A DNA stretch of 34,836 nt from a virus (lineage: Duplodnaviria > Heunggongvirae > Uroviricota > Caudoviricetes): IMG/VR virus record IMGVR_UViG_2687453454_000001, positions 1 through 34,836 of that record; one strand, written 5' to 3'. A program made the translations under genes and the position numbers. Positions 8,451 to 16,955 of this stretch are shown one piece after another. The notes beneath the pieces were generated by a model. That model was not told the origin of the DNA, did not search any database, and worked only from the letters and a program-made list of their open reading frames with translations. Position 1 is the stretch's first letter, and every line of letters starts with the position of its first letter.

Positions 8451-8828
8451 CTACTCGAGCGTTAGTTGCTCGGGACTGCATTTGTACAGTGTAGCTAGCC
8501 GTTCAAGGTTGTCTTTGCGAGGACGCTCAGACTTTTCGAACTCGGACACTGTAGATTGCTTAATTCCCAGCGCTTCAGCGACTTGTTTTTGCGTCAAGCC
8601 TCTGTAAACACGCCATGCAGCCTGCATGGTGCAACCCTTCTCAGAAAGAATGTTGATAACTTCGTTTGGGTATCGAACGTTATCAGATGTGCCGGTTTCG
8701 TTTTGAACAGGCTCGTATAACTCTGCGATATCACTATCACGGGTCAGTTTTTCGAACAGTTCAATCGGCACGACAGCAGAAATTCTTTTCCCTCTACTGT
8801 CTGTGATGAATTGAATGTTAGCCATCAC
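8451..8828 (-). CDS. HTH (XRE-type) protein, putative antitoxin
   Basis: 125 aa; C-terminal HTH LTQKQVAEALGIKQSTVSEFEKSER; lies downstream of the RelE/ParE-like gene on the same strand. Confidence 0.6.
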   Translation of the reverse strand: MMANIQFITDSRGKRISAVVPIELFEKLTRDSDIAELYEPVQNETGTSDNVRYPNEVINILSEKGCTMQAAWRVYRGLTQKQVAEALGIKQSTVSEFEKSERPRKDNLERLATLYKCSPEQLTLE

Positions 8829-9011
8829 TCTTTAGTCCTACGTAGATTGTTAAAAAACAAAGATTTTTAACTTATGCGTCTTCGACTGCGTAGACCACTT
8901 GATATAATTTTTGGCATCTAAATACTCCTAATTGGTTGATTGAAATTAAAAATTTTTTTTCTTCAACATCTACCGTTTGAGTTGACGGGGCGGGGTTTCC
9001 CCCGCCACTCA

Positions 9012-9290
9012 TCAATATGTCGTGGACGTTCGGCGCAAGATGCGCTGAATCTCGATCACTACAGGGGCATTGTTGCTTAAGGCATACAACACTCTGTAAT
9101 TCCCAACCCTCAGTCGATACTTACCATCACTATCAGTGAGCTTTTTAACATCAAGCCCCTTCAGGTCAGGATATGACTGCATCGCGTTAACCTTCTCGCG
9201 AACAGCTTTTTGATCTTTTGATGGTAGCGAGCGTAAGTCCTTAACGGCCTTACCAGTCCATTGAATGTTTGTCGTCATGACGAACCTCAA
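9012..9290 (-). CDS. RelE/ParE-superfamily toxin-like protein
   Basis: 92 aa; GKYRLRVGNYRVLYALSNNAPVVIEIQRILRR matches the RelE/ParE core pattern. Confidence 0.65.
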   Translation of the reverse strand: MRFVMTTNIQWTGKAVKDLRSLPSKDQKAVREKVNAMQSYPDLKGLDVKKLTDSDGKYRLRVGNYRVLYALSNNAPVVIEIQRILRRTSTTY

Positions 9291-9332
9291 AGGTAAATTG
9301 TTAAAGAACGCATCCCGAAACTCGGAATAACT

Positions 9333-9404
9333 ACAATATAGGGGTTAACCCCTATATTGTCAAGAAAGCCCTATATTTCCATGCGCTGATATAGGCAATA
9401 TAGT
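9333..9404. promoter_or_regulatory. operator region with perfect 28-bp palindrome and repeated half-sites
   Basis: ACAATATAGGGGTTAACCCCTATATTGT at 9333-9360, plus CCCTATATTT and ATATAGGCAATATAG copies downstream; lies between the divergent toxin gene and the 128-aa gene. Confidence 0.55.
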
Positions 9405-9411
9405 TCGCGAA

Positions 9412-9798
9412 GTGAGTGATACGGTGAATTTTGATGGGCTTTCACGGCAGGAAAAGCGAGAACTGGCACAGCGGTTTAGTGACGTTGTTCGAAGCAAACT
9501 TAAAACACGTCCACCGGAACGAGAAGAAGGGGCTGGACTATCGGTGAAGGAGCTTATAACTAAAGAACTACTTGAGCTATGTGGGATTGATGCCTGTGTC
9601 GGGATGATAAAATCAATAGTACCGGGAACGCATATTGGCTATATCGATCTGATTTTTGAGATCGAAGATGGACGTCTAGCGTTCAAAATTTGCTCAGAAA
9701 CAAACTTCAATGTTGCTACTAAACAAAAGATGGCGAACATTTTAGATAGAGATAGAATACTAAAAAGGTTGAAGCAAGCTTTGTTTACAAATGGATAG
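9412..9798 (+). CDS. hypothetical protein (128 aa), first gene of the AT-rich cargo pair
   Basis: ORF with GTG start at 9412 (alternative GTG at 9424); GC falls along the gene; ends 20 bp before the 944-aa ORF. Confidence 0.5.
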   Translation: MSDTVNFDGLSRQEKRELAQRFSDVVRSKLKTRPPEREEGAGLSVKELITKELLELCGIDACVGMIKSIVPGTHIGYIDLIFEIEDGRLAFKICSETNFNVATKQKMANILDRDRILKRLKQALFTNG

Positions 9799-9818
9799 GG
9801 CAAAAAAGATGCCTCGTT

Positions 9819-12653
9819 ATGTGTGTCGTTATTTACCACAAATTGGGATTGGTTATGAGCATTATGAAAATAGAAGTAAAAGGTAAGCCAAAAGGAGCAG
9901 TCATTTATATCAATGTCAAGAAAACCATAGCTTTTTATTTGACGATTTCAATTTTAATTCTGCTTGGGATGTATTTATCACGTTTTTGTTCTGTGCCATA
10001 TAAATATTTATTGATTAGCCCATCTTTTTATAATAATCCATATCTTAATTGGATAACTGGTGTTTGGGGTAGTTTTTTAGGCATGCACGGTACTATAGCT
10101 GCTTTGTCTATAACTTTTATGGGAATGTTTGTCGATCAGGTTTCAAAGACATCTGAACATGGTTTTGAGCATTTATCGAAAGTCTTATTGCTAAGAGAGT
10201 ATGATTTTTTAGGATTTAGTGTTGAATCAGTGTGTAGTCTATTATGTGGCGTTTTTTTACTTCTCATTGGTAGTGGCTTGATTGGATATTTAATTTCATC
10301 TTTACTTTCTTTATTTTTTATCACTAAATATGGCATTATGTATTATAGACTTTACCATTTAACAGAAGAACCCGGAGTTATTAATGGGATTTTATTAGAT
10401 TCTATCAGGACAACAGGCATCAAGTATAATGAGATTAACAAACAACGACAGATTCTTGCTAACGAGTTTTCTCAAGTAATATCGGGAGGTGATTACTACA
10501 GTGATGATCAAAGTGCCTTCTATTGGAATGATGATGCGATAACGATAAATATTTTTCCTGATGACACTGATGTGGTTATTTCTGGATACAATCCAAACAT
10601 ATTTAATCAGCTTTCGGTAAAGATTAAAGAATTTAATTTGAACCATCCGCCTATCTTGCTTTTCTCTTTATCATTCTTATCACCCATATCAAATTCCTCA
10701 ATGAAAATCATTCCATCTAATAAATCTGATTTGACAGAGGAGCATATTTCATCAATTGAATCAATTTTGAGGAAAGGGCTGATATTTAGTTCTGTTCCTT
10801 ATGTTTTTAATGAGTTTAAACAATTTGAAGAAGCTCTTGTAGTAAACGTCAGAAACAGTTTGCTGAATGGTGATGAGTGGACGTTAGATTTTGGAGTGCG
10901 TATTTTTTATGAACTAACTTCAAATGATAACTATATCTACACTCTAAAGAATATAGATTTGTCAATTACGTCCTCTAATACTAAAGATGTGGTGAAAACA
11001 TCTTTGTTTGCAAGTTATTTTGAAAAAATGATACGTGAGGCTTATAATCAGAGTAATCTTGAAAAGGCTGCTAATATAATGCGGTCGTTAATAGACCTAG
11101 CGAGATATATTTATGGTAAGAATAACTTTGTCGATTTTTATAAAAGGATTTTTAGACAATTTGACCATAGGGTAAAGTATCGTGCAGAAGAATCAAATTA
11201 TGTTTTTTTAGATCTGTATACATCCACTGTGCTGCACAACCTAGTATATAAGAATTATGCGGCTTTCAAAGTTGATACTGAGTTTGTGACGCGTAGATTG
11301 CAGTATCTAGATCTTAGCAATAAAACAGAACATGATTCATTGAATGAAATGCAACGTAAGATATTACGTTTATTATTTGAAGTTATATCCTTGCTAATTA
11401 TGCGAATAGAGCATGTGAAGGCGAAGGGTGAAGAACGCAAAGAGGAACTCAACGAATTAATCATTTCATTGAAGTCTTGGGTAAATGCTAAATTTTTGCA
11501 GGAATTATATTACAAAAAAGAGCTTTACGATGTGTTGTTTACTATACCTCAAGAGTTTTCGGTATTCGGTGCAGAAACTAAAATTCGAGAAATACCAGAT
11601 GGTGAAGCGACATGGAGATCAGTTTCGAACGATACTTATAAGATGATCGCATTCGTTCTTACGCAAAGCTCTTTCAACAATAATCAATTGAATCTTTTAT
11701 TTGTTAGAGATGCATTTCAATTTAAAAATGCTACGTCAATATTAACCCGCGAATTAAGTTCTATAATAGATTACATAGAGGGTGAATCTTTCTCTAAATT
11801 ATTTAAATTGATAACTGAAAAGGATTTGGTCGAAGATAGTAATAAAAAAACAGTAGTTGAGAAGTTGGAGTCGATTATTTCCTCGCAAAATTCTTTAGTG
11901 CTGCGCAGTGTGATCGAATCAGAATTAGAGCCTTCATTGGTTGATAAATATAGTAACGAGATCATACATTCTGTGGAGAAGCTATTTGAGCTAATTTTGC
12001 CATTGGAAGCAATTCCTTTAGAGATTGGATTCAATGGGATCGAATCACATCTATTAATTAATAAAAGAGAGGTGCTCCCCCCAATTGATGGTGTTTCTTA
12101 TGGAATGAACATTCATAACCATAGTCAGTGGTTAATATATGAATGGATCAGGAGTGTATTAAACAGTATTGATATAAATGCTGTGGAGGTTATCACTATT
12201 GATGACCCACAAGATTTGCCAACCGAAAAATTAGTTACCATAGAATATCAAGTTGAAGATAGAGTTAACACTTTTAGGCATTCTCGAGGTTTAAAAATTA
12301 ATGATAAGGAAGGCCATTTGAATTTGAATGGTTCTGGCTTGTATTATTTGGATTTATTAAATAACTTTAATTTAAAAAAATCAAAAGAAATACTAACGGT
12401 TAACATAGAAAAGATATTTGAAGGAAATATTGAAATGGTTAAAGGACGATATGATTTTGATAATGATAATCCTTATCTATATTCAATTTTAAATGTCGTT
12501 TTTAACATTGTTGCCATACCAAATATGATATGTAAACTTTATTTTCTATCGGAAGATAAATGTCTGTTAATCAATCAAAAACAAGAAAGAGAGATGGAGC
12601 AATTAATTAAAGGGAACAGAACGGAGAATCCTGATAACAGTAATGTATCTTAA
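9819..12653 (+). CDS. large AT-rich membrane-anchored protein of unknown function (944 aa)
   Basis: Uninterrupted 2.8-kb ORF in very AT-rich DNA; N-terminal hydrophobic helices (TIAFYLTISILILLGMYL, WITGVWGSFLGMHGTIAALSITFMGMFV, VCSLLCGVFLLLIGSGLIGYLISSLLSLFFI) then about 750 aa of soluble sequence; alternative starts at 9855 and 9864. Confidence 0.7.
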   Translation: MCVVIYHKLGLVMSIMKIEVKGKPKGAVIYINVKKTIAFYLTISILILLGMYLSRFCSVPYKYLLISPSFYNNPYLNWITGVWGSFLGMHGTIAALSITFMGMFVDQVSKTSEHGFEHLSKVLLLREYDFLGFSVESVCSLLCGVFLLLIGSGLIGYLISSLLSLFFITKYGIMYYRLYHLTEEPGVINGILLDSIRTTGIKYNEINKQRQILANEFSQVISGGDYYSDDQSAFYWNDDAITINIFPDDTDVVISGYNPNIFNQLSVKIKEFNLNHPPILLFSLSFLSPISNSSMKIIPSNKSDLTEEHISSIESILRKGLIFSSVPYVFNEFKQFEEALVVNVRNSLLNGDEWTLDFGVRIFYELTSNDNYIYTLKNIDLSITSSNTKDVVKTSLFASYFEKMIREAYNQSNLEKAANIMRSLIDLARYIYGKNNFVDFYKRIFRQFDHRVKYRAEESNYVFLDLYTSTVLHNLVYKNYAAFKVDTEFVTRRLQYLDLSNKTEHDSLNEMQRKILRLLFEVISLLIMRIEHVKAKGEERKEELNELIISLKSWVNAKFLQELYYKKELYDVLFTIPQEFSVFGAETKIREIPDGEATWRSVSNDTYKMIAFVLTQSSFNNNQLNLLFVRDAFQFKNATSILTRELSSIIDYIEGESFSKLFKLITEKDLVEDSNKKTVVEKLESIISSQNSLVLRSVIESELEPSLVDKYSNEIIHSVEKLFELILPLEAIPLEIGFNGIESHLLINKREVLPPIDGVSYGMNIHNHSQWLIYEWIRSVLNSIDINAVEVITIDDPQDLPTEKLVTIEYQVEDRVNTFRHSRGLKINDKEGHLNLNGSGLYYLDLLNNFNLKKSKEILTVNIEKIFEGNIEMVKGRYDFDNDNPYLYSILNVVFNIVAIPNMICKLYFLSEDKCLLINQKQEREMEQLIKGNRTENPDNSNVS

Positions 12654-12788
12654 AAAGAATAAGTGATTGATACCTTACTATCAATGCGCAAAATTTACAT
12701 GGAATTTTGTCAAAGTAGATCACGTGAGGCGGGGAAAATTGAAAATGATCTAAAGGTAATCGCTAGTCAAAAGATTGCACTAGGCGGC

Positions 12789-12887
12789 TGCACAATAGTG
12801 CACAAGTTTGCACAATTTTTGAAACAACGTTTTTTCCATGCCGCCCCAGCGCTGGCGGGGCCTGGGCGGACTGCACAAAGTGCACAA
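12789..12887. repeat. five copies of TGCACAA in the packaging region
   Basis: Copies at 12789, 12799, 12809 (exactly 10 bp apart) and 12872, 12881, immediately upstream of the cos-like sequence. Confidence 0.6.
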
Positions 12888-12909
12888 AAAGAGGCCGGTT
12901 TAGCGCGCA

Positions 12910-12930
12910 GGCGAGGCGGGGGAGCAAGCG
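12910..12930. other. cos site (P2-type cohesive-end sequence)
   Basis: GGCGAGGCGGGGGAGCAAGCG resembles the P2 19-nt cohesive end GGCGAGGCGGGGAAAGCAC as I recall it; lies next to the portal and terminase genes. Confidence 0.6.
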
Positions 12931-13161
12931 CGCGCAAAGGGGGGCAGGTAGGGGGGCATATCCTTCGCCATTCGCCGTCTGTCGGGTGCTCATGTTGATG
13001 GTTGAGCGAAGCGGCAGCGCGAGAGAAGTCGCGCCAGAAGCCCGTTGGCTGCGTCTGGTAGGGGGGGGGTTTATTTGTGTTTCGTGAGTGGCCGAGATGG
13101 CCGGAAATGATGGTGCTGCGGGTGGTACCGCACCGCCAGAAATGACGATGCGGCAAGGAGA

Positions 13162-14214
13162 TCACTTCGTGGGTTCAAGCAATGCGTAAGGGTTGAAGCG
13201 AATCACCTCCTCACCCAGCCAGTCGTTAACATGCTTCATGGCTTCCATGTAGGGTGTCAGCTCGTTGACGGCGAACACGCGGGCCGCTTTCTCAATATCA
13301 CCGAATGAACCGTTCCCTTCCGGAATGGCGCCCATCAGTTGCGGCGGTACCCGGTGCGCTGCCAGCATGTCATCGCGGGTGGAAGACTTCACCCCCACAA
13401 ACTCATCCTTAGCCGATATCTGGCTGAATGGCAGTATTTGCACGGAGTCTTTGCCGCCGTTAGGTGCGTGCAGAAGGATGTTCTTAAACGCACCGCCGCG
13501 CCGGGTATCCGTCAGCGTCTTTTTGAGCTTATCAAGGCTCTCCTGGTCGGCCATCGCGCTGTTAACGTAGACGATGCAGCCAGCGTGTGAGCCGTTGTCG
13601 TAGTAAAGCTTTCTGAACTTGTCAGCAGAATGGGCCAGATTTGCAGACAGCAGGCCAGCGAAATACTCAGGCATGCCGTATATTTCCTGGTGAATATCCG
13701 GGCTGAGAACGTGGCATACCGAGCCCGTTGAAAACATGTGATCCTGTAGCCCGGCCTGAATAAACCAGTAAGTGTCCAGGTCAGAACCACGGCGTGTGTA
13801 TTTCGCCAGCGAGTGACGAAAGCCAAAGGAACCACCAAGCCGGTTTTTTCGCATCTCAAGATAACCATTCCCGAAGACAAACCAGTCCAGCGCGAAGGCG
13901 GAGAACACCTGGCGGGAAAGAAGTTTGTGCGGGACAAAGCATCCGGCAAGGACGTTGCGCTTGAAATAAAGCGCCGACTGGTGCCAGCTCGCATAGCCAA
14001 ACTGACGGGCGAGGCCATACCAGTCAATGGGGGTTTCGTAGTATCGCCCGTTGTCTGCGCAATACATGTTATCAAGCAGGTCGCTGGCACCACTCACCGG
14101 CCATGGACCGTCGAAGGTGAATGAGTTCAGCTCCGGTGACGCTTTCAGTGAGGCGGCGAGATCTGCCTGCTCCCTGGCATACTTCCTGCCGCGTGTGGGT
14201 CTTTGTTTGCTCAA
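13162..14214 (-). CDS. Q: portal protein (gpQ-like)
   Basis: 350 aa; position next to cos and the large terminase, and P2 Q-like sequence. Confidence 0.88.
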   Translation of the reverse strand: MSKQRPTRGRKYAREQADLAASLKASPELNSFTFDGPWPVSGASDLLDNMYCADNGRYYETPIDWYGLARQFGYASWHQSALYFKRNVLAGCFVPHKLLSRQVFSAFALDWFVFGNGYLEMRKNRLGGSFGFRHSLAKYTRRGSDLDTYWFIQAGLQDHMFSTGSVCHVLSPDIHQEIYGMPEYFAGLLSANLAHSADKFRKLYYDNGSHAGCIVYVNSAMADQESLDKLKKTLTDTRRGGAFKNILLHAPNGGKDSVQILPFSQISAKDEFVGVKSSTRDDMLAAHRVPPQLMGAIPEGNGSFGDIEKAARVFAVNELTPYMEAMKHVNDWLGEEVIRFNPYALLEPTK

Positions 14215-14216
14215 GG

Positions 14217-15938
14217 TTAATACTCCGTAACTGTCATACTGCTGCCGCCTTCTTGTCCCAGCGGTTCGTTAATGGTGGCAAGCATCGTCGCCCATGCGAG
14301 ATCGCCATGACTGACGCCGCGAGAGCGGTCCGTGTCGTAAGTGACAACACCGCCAGGGGTAACGATCTTGCGGACAGAGTTGAATGCACCAACCAGGTCA
14401 AGCTCACCACGATCAAACTCCCAGCGCCCGCCACGAATCAGCTGTTGCATCTTCAGCACGAGCATTCGTTTGCTGGACGGTGAGAACTGGTAACAAACCG
14501 CTGCCGGGAAATGCTTTTTAACCAGCTGATAAACCGCTTCACCAATACCGGTGCCATCGATCCCAATGTGCTGCACGTTGTACCGGGTGAGCATGCCGAT
14601 AATTAGATTGGCCTGCTCTTCGAACTCCATCCCTCGTATGCGTAGTGTCTCAATCGTGCGGAACTTGCCGCCGGGCACCATCGGCACAGCGTTAACGGAT
14701 ATGGCTCCACTGTCCCCCTTGCCGCTGGCGCCGTTCGGGTCATAGCCAATCCAGACGGGACGATCAGCCATGGGGCGGGCCGCATATGGCCGCCAGTCGG
14801 GCCAGTCGTCATAACCATCAGCGCCGCATGCCAGTAGTCTGTTATAGTCAAAGGCGCTTTCACCGCTTTTGATGAACTGGCATCCGTACAGGTTGTCGTA
14901 TTCCTCCGGGCTGTTCTCTTCCCGGATTTCGTCGATATCAGTCAGATCCCATCCATGGTCGATAGCATCCTGCAACGTGACAATCTGCCTCCAGATCTTG
15001 TCCGGGCACATCAGGCCGCTGTTAAGCGTTTTCCAGGATGTATCAAATTCAATGCGCTTGCCATGGCTGCGACCTTTGTTAAATGCTTCACCTGTCCAGA
15101 ATGGATAAGCCTCATGGCTTTCTGCTGAAGGGGTGGAGAAATAGGTACGCGTTAGACCTTTTAGCGTTGCCATGGCGCCCGCGACTTTTTTCAGGTTGGC
15201 AAACTGGCCTACCCAAAAGAATTCGTCGAAATACAGGTTGCCCGTGTATGACTGAGCGGTAGCCGCTGACGTGCCAAGAAAATGCAGCTCGGCGCCGTTG
15301 AACAGCTGGATCATGTCGCCGCCCTTAAGCTCTACATCTACTTCTTCAGCGGCCGAGCGAATGAAACTTCGAAACTGGTACGCCTGGCGGCGGCTTGCCG
15401 ATAAAAAGATTTGGTTGCGCTGATGCTTATATTTCACATCCTCAGACAGGGCGCGCACCAGAGCTTCACGTGCGAAATACCACGTCGCGCCAACCTGACG
15501 GCTTTTCAGGATCATGCGGTTACGCCAGTGGTGATTGTCATACCACCCTTTCTGGTGCCAGTGCAGAGAGCCGAGAATGTTCTCCCGCAGCGCGGCAATC
15601 TGCGACTCTGAGAAATAGTTTTGCTTTTTGCGGATCTTTTTCTTCGGCTGGGTGGCTGCTGTGCCGTTATCCAGCTTTTTCAACTGACGGGTGAGCAGGT
15701 CAATCTCTTTGAAATCACCGCCGGTCTTTTTGTCTTTGCCAGTGAGCTGAATTAGCCTGGCATCAATGGATGTTGTCACGCGCTGGATCGGCGGTGTGGC
15801 GTCCCATTCATCTCGCTTTTTCCATGAGTAAACCGTGTTCTGGTTGATCCCCATCAGGCGTGCGATCTCTGCTGGCGGGTAGCCCTGCCAGTAAAGCTGT
15901 CGTGCACGCTGCATGATGAATGCTTCTTCAATCGCCAT
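14217..15938 (-). CDS. P: terminase large (ATPase) subunit (gpP-like)
   Basis: 573 aa; N-terminal QGYPPAEIARLMGINQNTVYSWKK HTH-like region typical of P2 gpP; adjacent to portal. Confidence 0.88.
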   Translation of the reverse strand: MAIEEAFIMQRARQLYWQGYPPAEIARLMGINQNTVYSWKKRDEWDATPPIQRVTTSIDARLIQLTGKDKKTGGDFKEIDLLTRQLKKLDNGTAATQPKKKIRKKQNYFSESQIAALRENILGSLHWHQKGWYDNHHWRNRMILKSRQVGATWYFAREALVRALSEDVKYKHQRNQIFLSASRRQAYQFRSFIRSAAEEVDVELKGGDMIQLFNGAELHFLGTSAATAQSYTGNLYFDEFFWVGQFANLKKVAGAMATLKGLTRTYFSTPSAESHEAYPFWTGEAFNKGRSHGKRIEFDTSWKTLNSGLMCPDKIWRQIVTLQDAIDHGWDLTDIDEIREENSPEEYDNLYGCQFIKSGESAFDYNRLLACGADGYDDWPDWRPYAARPMADRPVWIGYDPNGASGKGDSGAISVNAVPMVPGGKFRTIETLRIRGMEFEEQANLIIGMLTRYNVQHIGIDGTGIGEAVYQLVKKHFPAAVCYQFSPSSKRMLVLKMQQLIRGGRWEFDRGELDLVGAFNSVRKIVTPGGVVTYDTDRSRGVSHGDLAWATMLATINEPLGQEGGSSMTVTEY

Positions 15939-16004
15939 TAATCCTCCTCGCTTCCTGCCGGGGAGATTAACCCGCGCGCGCGTACCCTTGCGCTCGCTTT
16001 AGGT

Positions 16005-16022
16005 TGTGGTGCTCCGCTCACA
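16005..16022. promoter_or_regulatory. Ogr/Delta-type late-promoter activator site (TGT-N12-ACA dyad)
   Basis: TGTGGTGCTCCGCTCACA in the divergent P/O intergenic region, about 55 bp upstream of the plausible O transcript start. Confidence 0.55.
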
Positions 16023-16098
16023 ACAACAACGCGTTGAGGGGGGATGCGTCCCCCTGCCATCATCTCCGGGAACTCAGAAAACAAGCGAGTAAACGAAC

Positions 16099-16932
16099 AT
16101 GGCAGGCACAGCAAAACCACGTAAGAAGTTTCGCGTGGCCGTCTCCGGAAATACCGTTGACGGGCGCGAAATTCAACCGCAGCACCTTCGCGATGCAGCA
16201 GCAAATTACAACCCTGAGGTGTATGGCGCGCGGGTCAACATTGAGCACTATCTCTCTATGTTCCCGAATAGCGATTTTGGGGCGATGGGGGATGTGGTAG
16301 CCCTCAGCACTGAAGACATCACCGAAGGTGCACTGGCGGGGCGCACCGCGCTTTATGCTGAAATCGAACCATCCGAGCGCATGGTGCAGATGACCGACAA
16401 AGGGCAAAAAGTCTATTCCAGTATTGAGCTGCATCCGCAGTTTGCCCTCAACGGCAAAGCCTATGTTGTCGGGCTGGCAATGACCGATACCCCGGCGAGC
16501 CTGGGCACTGAGCGTCTTAAATTTGCCTCACAGCAGCGTGCATCGGTGATGGCCTTCAATAACCAGCAGGGTGAGGCGCCGATGTTCACCGAAGCGCTTG
16601 AAGCAGAGGTGATCGAGCTGACCGCCCAGCGCAGCGATGAAGGTGCCAAGTGGTTTAATCGCGTGATGAGCATTATTGGCAAAGGTCAGAAAACGGACGA
16701 TCAGCGCTTCAGTCAGATGCATCAGGTCGTTGAGGCCGTGGCGCAATCGCAATCCGAGCAAATTGATCGCTTCAGTGCCGCAGAGCAGGAGCGCCAGGAG
16801 GATAAGGCCGCTATCCAGAAGCTGACCACTGAGCTTGCGGAGCTGCGCCAGAAGCTGGGGAGCACTGAAGCTTCCTTCAGTCAGCGACCACCTGCGAACG
16901 GCGGCGCCAACGCGCAGCTGGCTGATTACTGA
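16099..16932 (+). CDS. O: capsid scaffolding protein (gpO-like)
   Basis: 277 aa; P2 O-like sequence and position before the major capsid gene. Confidence 0.85.
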   Translation: MAGTAKPRKKFRVAVSGNTVDGREIQPQHLRDAAANYNPEVYGARVNIEHYLSMFPNSDFGAMGDVVALSTEDITEGALAGRTALYAEIEPSERMVQMTDKGQKVYSSIELHPQFALNGKAYVVGLAMTDTPASLGTERLKFASQQRASVMAFNNQQGEAPMFTEALEAEVIELTAQRSDEGAKWFNRVMSIIGKGQKTDDQRFSQMHQVVEAVAQSQSEQIDRFSAAEQERQEDKAAIQKLTTELAELRQKLGSTEASFSQRPPANGGANAQLADY

Positions 16933-16955
16933 TATCCACTACGAGAGCAGAGAAC

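Noticed and set aside
8829-9011. 16-codon mini-ORF (MPKIISSGLRSRRRIS) with AGGAGT RBS in the toxin-HTH spacer
   Set aside because: Too short to support from sequence alone; noted only as a possible leader peptide within the toxin-antitoxin finding.
8981-9011. GC-rich GAAA-loop hairpin after the toxin gene as an intrinsic terminator
   Set aside because: No U-tract follows on the transcribed strand, so it is not called a terminator; it is noted only as a structural element.
9819-12653. Possibility that the 944-aa ORF is a retron or reverse transcriptase, or an ATPase or nuclease effector
   Set aside because: No YxDD box, no Walker A (GxxxxGK[ST]) and no obvious PD-(D/E)xK or HNH motif were seen by eye; the function is left open.
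12663-13165. ORF-track ORFs 12663..12998, 12763..12993 and 12767..13165
   Set aside because: They lie in the GC-rich cos region full of homopolymer G tracts and repeats, with ORFs on both strands and no RBS; they are better explained as non-coding packaging sequence.
13512-14093. 193-aa and other ORFs antisense or out of frame within the portal and terminase genes
   Set aside because: They are entirely nested in well-supported structural genes and have low-complexity composition.
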